From Candidatus Levyibacteriota bacterium (GTDB lineage Bacteria > Patescibacteriota > Microgenomatia > Levybacterales > UBA12049), in contig JAJDCH010000002.1 of assembly GCA_029260905.1 (NCBI GenBank), positions 79,546-143,545 on the forward strand: DNA of 64,000 bases. Direction: 5' to 3'. The position numbers were made by a program, and so were the translations under genes. Within the stretch, counting starts at the first letter, position 1. Every line of letters starts with the position of its first letter. Below the pieces are notes generated by a model. The model was not told the origin of the DNA and made no database searches. It worked only from the letters and a program-made list of their open reading frames with translations. Shown here piece by piece: positions 58,074-64,000 of the stretch.

Positions 58074-58141
58074 CGGGACTTGGATTCGAACCAAGATGAG
58101 CAGATTCAGAGTCTGCTATCCTACCATTAGATGATCCCGGA
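58071..58141 (-). tRNA. tRNA-Gln (anticodon CUG), CCA not encoded
   Basis: TCCGGGA acceptor stem, D-arm TAATGGTAGGA, anticodon arm GCAGA-CT-CTG-AA-TCTGC, T-arm CTTGG-TTCGAAT-CCAAG, U1-A72 pair; TGnTATAAT upstream. Confidence 0.95.
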
Positions 58142-58186
58142 GACTTCAGTATTATAACAAATGCTTGAGGCTAATCCAATACAAGG

Positions 58187-58552
58187 TTAAAATAAATCAA
58201 TAATATAAGGAAGAAAAACAAGAATCCCAACGCCAATTGCTCCTACAGCAGTAACTAATACCATTCCTGATGCAACATCTTTCGCAATCTTTGCGCTGAT
58301 ATGATGCTCACTTTTTATTAGATCAATTACTTTTTCAATTGCTGAATTGATCATTTCTGCACAAACTACAACAAGAATTGTCAGAAATAAAATCGCAACC
58401 TCAAATGCTGAAAGGCGGAAATAAATACTCATGAGGGAGACAATTATGGTTGCTATAAAATGAATGATTAAATTTTGGTCATGTTCAAGAACGTATTTGA
58501 TTCCTTCAAACGCGTATCCAAAAGACTTAAATAATTTTTTTGTTTTTATCAT
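58187..58552 (-). CDS. dgkA: Membrane diacylglycerol/undecaprenol kinase
   Basis: SFGYAFEG, N..IH, EMINSAIE..ID and AKIAKDVASG motifs. Confidence 0.93.
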   Translation of the reverse strand: MIKTKKLFKSFGYAFEGIKYVLEHDQNLIIHFIATIIVSLMSIYFRLSAFEVAILFLTILVVVCAEMINSAIEKVIDLIKSEHHISAKIAKDVASGMVLVTAVGAIGVGILVFLPYIIDLF

Positions 58553-58558
58553 ATGTAA

Positions 58559-59140
58559 TTAAGATGCAGCAAGCTTAATAATATAATACATAAATAAAGA
58601 CAAAAATACTCCCACAAATCCTCCGACAATTGTTTCTGGAAGAGTGTGTCTTTTTGTTTTGATTCTAGACCAGGCAACAAGCGGGATAATTAGAAAAATA
58701 AAATAGTAGTATCCTCGATAAACCACGGCAATTGCACTGGCAAGAGCTGAAAGGGTTGCGACATGAAGACTTGCTTTGATCTTCAAGTTAATAAGGCTTA
58801 CTAAAAAAACTCCAAACAATATTCCGACTGCATTTACAAGAAGGATCCATGGTCCTTTAAAAATAAGAAGACCTAGGGTGTATAATATTCCTGCGATTGT
58901 AAAAAATAAAAAAAGCAGAGGTCTTTGTTCTCTTTTTGAAACATCAAAATCAGTAAATATTTTTTTGTAAACACCATATGTTACAAATAGCCCAACTGCT
59001 CCAAGAAAGACAAGGGTATAGATAGTCCAGTTTATTGAAAGACTTAGATTGCTTGATGTTTTGTAGTCAAGAAAAAAAGGCAAAAATGTAATGATAAAAA
59101 CTGGATTAAATAGAAGAGAGATGATTCGAGCAATAAGCAT
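58559..59140 (-). CDS. PAP2-like membrane phosphatase
   Basis: KASLH and WSR...KRHT..E...G motifs; multi-TM. Confidence 0.75.
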   Translation of the reverse strand: MLIARIISLLFNPVFIITFLPFFLDYKTSSNLSLSINWTIYTLVFLGAVGLFVTYGVYKKIFTDFDVSKREQRPLLFLFFTIAGILYTLGLLIFKGPWILLVNAVGILFGVFLVSLINLKIKASLHVATLSALASAIAVVYRGYYYFIFLIIPLVAWSRIKTKRHTLPETIVGGFVGVFLSLFMYYIIKLAAS

Positions 59141-59142
59141 AA

Positions 59143-60381
59143 TTATTTTATCTGATTTAAAATCGAAAGTGCTTTCTCTTTTCCAAGAATTTCCAAAGTC
59201 TCTGGAAGTGGAAGGCCTCTCTCTTTTCCTGTAAATATTTTATAAAGGATATTCATACGGATTTTATTTTGGTTCATTACTTCTTTTAGTATCTCAAATA
59301 TTTTATTATTATTCCAGTCATTAACTTTTTCAAGTTTTGAAAAAAGAGTAATTGTAATCCGTTTTTCAGTAGGTGATAGATTAGATTTTTCGTTAGTACC
59401 AAAAAATATTTCAGTCTGTTCTTTAAATTCTTTCAAAGTTTTAATTCTTGATTTTACAAGAGGAATTAGTTTTTCAGTTGTTTCATTAGGAAGTTTGGAT
59501 AAATCTGGATAAAAATCCACCAATAGTTTTTTTAACTGGTTATTTGACTTTGATTGGATATATTGCTGATTCATCCAATCAAGTTTAACAGGGTCAAAAA
59601 TAGGACTTGTGCTATTTATATCTTTGAGATCAAATATTTTTATCATTTCAGAAACGCTGTAAATTTCTTGATCTCCACCTGGATTCCAGCCAAGAAGAGC
59701 CATATAATTAATAAGCGCGTCTTTTAGATATCCATCATCACGATAATCTAGAGCAGATTTTGCACCATGTCTTTTGGAAAGTTTTTGTTTGTCAGGTCCC
59801 AAGATTACTGGTAGATGAGCAAAAACAGGAATATTCCAGCCAAAAGCTTTGTAAAGCTGAATGTGCTTGGGAGTAGATGATATGAATTCTTCGCCTCTTA
59901 GGACGTGTGTTATTTCCATTAGATGATCATCAATAACATTTGCAAAATTATATGTGGGAAAACCATCAGATTTTATAATTACAAAATCTTCTTGAGTTTT
60001 ATTTTCAAAAGTTATATTTTTATTTCCGATTGCGTCAATCCATTTAGTTGATCCTGTCTTGGGCATCTTGAACCTTATGGCACCATTGTCTTCATAGGAA
60101 AGATTTTTTTCCTTTAGTTCCTTTGCATACTTTTTGTATATTTCTATTCTTTCTGATTGTCTTTGAATATTCTTACCATGTGTGATTTCAAGCCAATTAA
60201 GAATTTCAAGAATTGCTTTTTCAGCATCAGGTACAAATCTTACCCTGTCTGTGTCTTCAATTCTGAGAATGAACTCGCCATCATTATGTTTGGCGAAAAG
60301 ATAATTAAAAAGCGCGGTTCTGGTGTTCCCGATATGCGGTATTCCTGTCGGGCTTGGTGGAATGCGGGTTCTTATATTCAT
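59143..60381 (-). CDS. gltX: Glutamyl-tRNA synthetase (compact)
   Basis: PSPTG.PHIGN, LRIEDTD, PTYNFANVIDDH, RGEE and KLSKR motifs. Start set at MNIRTR. Confidence 0.96.
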   Translation of the reverse strand: MNIRTRIPPSPTGIPHIGNTRTALFNYLFAKHNDGEFILRIEDTDRVRFVPDAEKAILEILNWLEITHGKNIQRQSERIEIYKKYAKELKEKNLSYEDNGAIRFKMPKTGSTKWIDAIGNKNITFENKTQEDFVIIKSDGFPTYNFANVIDDHLMEITHVLRGEEFISSTPKHIQLYKAFGWNIPVFAHLPVILGPDKQKLSKRHGAKSALDYRDDGYLKDALINYMALLGWNPGGDQEIYSVSEMIKIFDLKDINSTSPIFDPVKLDWMNQQYIQSKSNNQLKKLLVDFYPDLSKLPNETTEKLIPLVKSRIKTLKEFKEQTEIFFGTNEKSNLSPTEKRITITLFSKLEKVNDWNNNKIFEILKEVMNQNKIRMNILYKIFTGKERGLPLPETLEILGKEKALSILNQIK

Positions 60382-60479
60382 ATGCTTATAGCTTATAATA
60401 GTTTTTTTGCGATTTGTTAACATTCATCGGTCACAAGGCCTTCTTGCATTATACGTAAATTTTGCCATATACTCAATAT

Positions 60480-61628
60480 ATGACCCTACATCAGACAACA
60501 GAGATATTTAAGAAATGGGGAATTTATATAGCTGCAGTAATTGCTGGAATAGTTCTTGTTATTGGACTTTTTAGGTTTGGTTTTTTTGTCAAAAATATAA
60601 TTGCGCCATCAAAGGCTGATCCTCCAACAGTTACTTATGATAAGCTACCTCCAATTCCTTTTCCAGAAGATGCGACTCAGCTTAATTTGACTTACCAAGA
60701 GAATACAGTTGAAGGCTCCCTCCCGACAAATTTTCCTGATAGGATGGTTGTTTATCCAATTATACAAGAGATGGGAGGTCTTTTAAGTCTTGATAGTGCC
60801 CGAGAAAAGGTGGCTGCGATAGGGTATAGAAGTTCAATTAATCAAGACGCACCAGAGAAAAAACTAGAAGATGAAAAATATGAATGGGTGAATGAGAGAG
60901 GGATGGGAGAAAAGATAACTTTTAATATTGTCACATTTGATTTTAGTGTAACTTCTTCCTATCTTACCAACCTGACTGTAAGGGGAGCAAGAAGTCTATC
61001 AGATCAAACAAATGCCATAGGAATTGCTAGGGATTTTGTAAGCGATTTGGGATTGTTATCAGAGGACATTGATCTTTCCAAGACTCAAAATCCTGCACCA
61101 TCGGTGAGGTATTTCACATACCCAAGGCTTTTTACAATTTCTGGAGCTGGACTTGTTCCAACCACTAGCTTGTCTACGGCACAGATAATAAGAGTTGATT
61201 TTTATCAAAAAGATATTGAGCACGAGATGAATACTGGAGATAAGAATTCGCCAACCCTCAAGCAGTCTCTACCTATTCTTTATCCCAATCCACCATACTC
61301 AACAATGAATTTTTTGATTGGTTCATCTGGAAACGGAGCTGATGTGTTGTCAGCAAATTTTACTTACAAAATGATTGATTTTAGCGCGCAAGAACAAGCA
61401 ACCTATCCAATCAAAACAGCGAAAGAGGCATATGAAGAGCTACAATCTGGTGGAGGCTATATTGCCTCATATACCGGTGTCCAAGAAGAGGTTTTGATTG
61501 ATAAAGTTTATTTGGGATATTATCTCGGAGAAGAAGATCAGGAATATTTGATGCCAATAATCGTTTTTGAAGGTAGTGACAATTTTTTTGGATATGTTTC
61601 TGCTGTTAGAGATGATCAGATTCAATAA
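60480..61628 (+). CDS. Hypothetical membrane-anchored exported protein
   Basis: N-terminal TM helix; C-terminal YPIKTAKEAYEEL..G..VYLGYY...YLMPI.VF. ATG 60480 is 6 nt after TATACT. Confidence 0.8.
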   Translation: MTLHQTTEIFKKWGIYIAAVIAGIVLVIGLFRFGFFVKNIIAPSKADPPTVTYDKLPPIPFPEDATQLNLTYQENTVEGSLPTNFPDRMVVYPIIQEMGGLLSLDSAREKVAAIGYRSSINQDAPEKKLEDEKYEWVNERGMGEKITFNIVTFDFSVTSSYLTNLTVRGARSLSDQTNAIGIARDFVSDLGLLSEDIDLSKTQNPAPSVRYFTYPRLFTISGAGLVPTTSLSTAQIIRVDFYQKDIEHEMNTGDKNSPTLKQSLPILYPNPPYSTMNFLIGSSGNGADVLSANFTYKMIDFSAQEQATYPIKTAKEAYEELQSGGGYIASYTGVQEEVLIDKVYLGYYLGEEDQEYLMPIIVFEGSDNFFGYVSAVRDDQIQ

Positions 61629-62802
61629 GAGTAACATTTTCATTTATAAAATTAAGGAGAATTCTTGTATCTTTGAACCTCTCTATACTATTCATCACAA
61701 TTATTATATAAACTCTTTCATTGATTTCTACTGATGTTATAAGCACTTCTCCTGCTCCTTCGGTTGTTCCTGTCTTCATTCCAGTTACACCATCAATTCC
61801 AAGAAGTTGATTTAGGTTTTTAAATTCGTAGGTTTTTCCCAATCCTAAACTGGTTATTGTTTTTTCTTTGGTTGATGTGTATTTAGTGAATTCTGGTATT
61901 TGCGCAGCATAAGATGCAAGTCTAGAAAGATCAGTTACTGTTGTAAAGTTACCATCATCATCAAGTCCAGTTGGGTCTGCAAAACGAGTTCCTGTCATGT
62001 GTAGCTGAGTTGCTTTTTGATTCATTTTTTTAATAAATTCTTCTCTACCGCCTATGAAATTGTCTGCAATCATTACTGCTGCATCATTAGCTGATGGAAG
62101 AAGGAGGGCATACATCACATCATCAAAATAAAAGCTATCATTAAGTATAAGCCCCAAAACTGATCCTTCAATTCCAGCTGATTTTACTGAAAGAATTCTA
62201 TTGGACGCAAAATTCTCAAGTCCTATAAGTCCTGTCATTATTTTTACCGTTGAAGCCATTGAGAATCTGAGATCTGCATTTTTGGAAAAAAGAATTTTTT
62301 GTGTTTTTGCATCAACTATGATTGCGGTTTTGGCTGATACAAGAGGCAGCATGTCGGTTTTCACGAAAGGAAATGAATCTGTTTTATTTTGTTCGACTGC
62401 AGACTGGTTTTTATCAGGAGCCGTTTTTTTGGTTAATGAATTATTTGCATGATAGATTCCAAAAAGAATTAAATAAAGTATTAGAATTATGATTATTGCT
62501 TGAAAATCTTTTTCATAGTGCTTAAAGTCAAATGGTTTAGATGGTTGAAAAATAACTTTTTCTTTTTGTTTTTTTTCAAATTGTTTTTTTCTCTCAAGAA
62601 GTTCTTTTTGGCTTGGTCTTCCAGGTTTCTTTTTTTTAGATTTATTACCTTTTAGATAAATCTCATTTTTATTTTTGGAAAAAAGAAAAGAAAAAAATGA
62701 AGGCCTGCCTTCTGTAGCTTGTGGTTTTATTTTTTTGGATTTTTTTGTATCCTTATTATTTTTCCTGAATAGTCTTTTCTTCTGTTTTTGAGAATCTTTC
62801 AT
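61606..62802 (-). CDS. D-alanyl-D-alanine carboxypeptidase (S11, DacA-like) with a long basic N-terminal extension
   Basis: SxxK (STVK), SxN (SAN) and KTG motifs; TM helix after a Lys-rich region. Start uncertain. Confidence 0.9.
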   Translation of the reverse strand: MKDSQKQKKRLFRKNNKDTKKSKKIKPQATEGRPSFFSFLFSKNKNEIYLKGNKSKKKKPGRPSQKELLERKKQFEKKQKEKVIFQPSKPFDFKHYEKDFQAIIIILILYLILFGIYHANNSLTKKTAPDKNQSAVEQNKTDSFPFVKTDMLPLVSAKTAIIVDAKTQKILFSKNADLRFSMASTVKIMTGLIGLENFASNRILSVKSAGIEGSVLGLILNDSFYFDDVMYALLLPSANDAAVMIADNFIGGREEFIKKMNQKATQLHMTGTRFADPTGLDDDGNFTTVTDLSRLASYAAQIPEFTKYTSTKEKTITSLGLGKTYEFKNLNQLLGIDGVTGMKTGTTEGAGEVLITSVEINERVYIIIVMNSIERFKDTRILLNFINENVTLIESDHL

Positions 62803-64000
62803 CAATACGTTCCATGTCGCGTGGGAAGAGTGATGCCTCCCTGACATTTGCAAGCTCTAATAATTTCATTGTAAGCCTTTCCAGCCCAAATGAAAACCCT
62901 CCCTCAGGCGGCATGCCGTATTTAAAAGCTTGCATATAAAGACCAAAGTTGTCTGGATTTACATCCTTTCTTTTCATCGCAAGTTCCAAATCTTCATAAT
63001 TGTTGATGCGCTGTGCGCCACTCATCATTTCAAGCCCTTTAAATAACAGATCATAACTAAGGCTGTATTCTGGATTTTCTGGATCTGGCATAGTGTAAAA
63101 AGCGCGTTTTTTGGTTGGAAAATGAGTGATAGTAATAAAATCTGATTTGTGCTCGATCTTTGCCCACTCACTTATCTCGCGTTCGTCTTCGGGGTTTAGA
63201 TCCATTTCTTTTGAAAGATCGCGATTTGTTCTTTTGCTAATTATTTCTTGTGCCTCTCTCAGGGTAAGACGGGGAATTTTTATCGGAATAAGAGGCTTGT
63301 CGACTCCAAATTCTTTTAAGACCTCAGGATATTTTTCAGACACATTTTTTATCATCTGAGTGCCCACAAATTCAAGTGCGTCCAAAAGCTCATCAAAACC
63401 TTTAATAAATGCAATTTCAACATCCAATTGTGTTGACTCTGTCAAATGTCTAGTTGTGACAGATGGTTCTGCGCGATATGCCTTGGCAATCAGAAAAACT
63501 CGCTCAAATACACTTACCATTATTTGTTTATAAAGCTGTGGGCTTTGGGTCAGAAATGCATTGTGTCCAAAATAATCAATTGAAAAGACTTCAGCCCCTC
63601 CTTCTGTTGCGCCGGCAGCGATTGTTGGTACAACAACTTCGATGCAGTCTAATTCTTTAGATGCGTTGCGGAATTCTTCAATGAGGGCTGCTTGGATCTC
63701 AAATATTTTTTTTACCTTTTCATGTCTGAGTGTAAGTGAGCGGTGGTCTAGAAGTGTAGGAAGTTCAAGGTTTAATTCCTCTCCTCCCATATCAAATGGA
63801 AGTGATTCGGCTTTTGAAAGTATCTCTACTTCTTTAGCCTCTATCTCAACTGTGCCGCTTGCGATTTTTTCATTAACCAATTTTTCTGGTCTATTTTTGA
63901 CAAGTCCTTTTATAGAGACAACATATTCTGGTCTAATATCTGAAGCTGTTTTATGCGCTGACTCAGATGCTTGTGGGTTAAAAATGATCTGTGTGATACC
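62756..64000 (-). CDS. aspS: Aspartyl-tRNA synthetase, archaeal/non-discriminating-type catalytic core (5' end outside the window)
   Basis: TEGGAEVF, LTQSPQLYKQ, YRAE..RHL, SGAQR, and YGMPPEGGFSFGLERL..NVRE.SLFPRD motifs; the frame stays open to the window edge. Confidence 0.93.
   Translation of the reverse strand, partial: GITQIIFNPQASESAHKTASDIRPEYVVSIKGLVKNRPEKLVNEKIASGTVEIEAKEVEILSKAESLPFDMGGEELNLELPTLLDHRSLTLRHEKVKKIFEIQAALIEEFRNASKELDCIEVVVPTIAAGATEGGAEVFSIDYFGHNAFLTQSPQLYKQIMVSVFERVFLIAKAYRAEPSVTTRHLTESTQLDVEIAFIKGFDELLDALEFVGTQMIKNVSEKYPEVLKEFGVDKPLIPIKIPRLTLREAQEIISKRTNRDLSKEMDLNPEDEREISEWAKIEHKSDFITITHFPTKKRAFYTMPDPENPEYSLSYDLLFKGLEMMSGAQRINNYEDLELAMKRKDVNPDNFGLYMQAFKYGMPPEGGFSFGLERLTMKLLELANVREASLFPRDMERIDERFSKTEEKTIQEK

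Larger units (their letters stand above)
57693..58087 (-). mobile_element. Integrase-free mini-element at the tRNA-Gln 3' end, bounded by a 19-bp direct repeat
   Basis: TGATCCGGGACTTGGATTC at 57693-57711 and 58069-58087 (tRNA 3' end). The interior holds a GIY-YIG ORF and three CTGAG-N4/5-(C/T)GAAG hairpin motifs. Confidence 0.7.

Noticed and set aside
57693-58087. Prophage or classical genomic island at tRNA-Gln
   Set aside because: Only about 360 bp lie between the repeats and there is no integrase or phage gene. Reported as a mini-element, though a deletion remnant cannot be excluded.

Overview
AT-rich bacterial chromosome segment. Gene content and style (short TsaB, AGRLD-type TruB, GT2-GtrA plus GT-C glycosylation genes, leaderless-looking starts, heptamer-repeat inserts in proteins) suggest a Patescibacteria/CPR genome, probably Microgenomates; this taxonomy is inference. 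In order: a partial LysR gene; an inositol-phospholipid cluster (Ino1, CDP-alcohol phosphotransferase, PHP phosphoesterase, DAG-kinase family protein, archaeal-type CarS); corA; a 16-kb minus-strand de novo purine operon (purF-purN fusion, purD, purL, purQ, purP, purH, second purP-like, purB, purK, purE, purC, purM) with a consensus promoter and a leader terminator; prfB; a candidate folate-salvage unit; ftsEX with a circularly permuted M23 peptidase; tsaE/tsaC/tsaB; a nucleotide-sugar and glycosylation cluster; surface proteins; secDF; cca, recJ, greA, a Kef-type antiporter and truB; tRNA-Gln(CUG) followed by a ~380-bp integrase-free insertion (19-bp duplication of the tRNA 3' end, REP-like hairpins, frameshifted GIY-YIG nuclease); dgkA, a PAP2-like protein, gltX, a DD-carboxypeptidase and a partial aspS. 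Best candidates for undescribed systems: the tRNA-targeted GIY-YIG/REP mini-element, the CarS-based inositol-lipid module and the putative attenuator of the purine operon. All calls come from reading motifs by eye; no database searches were run.
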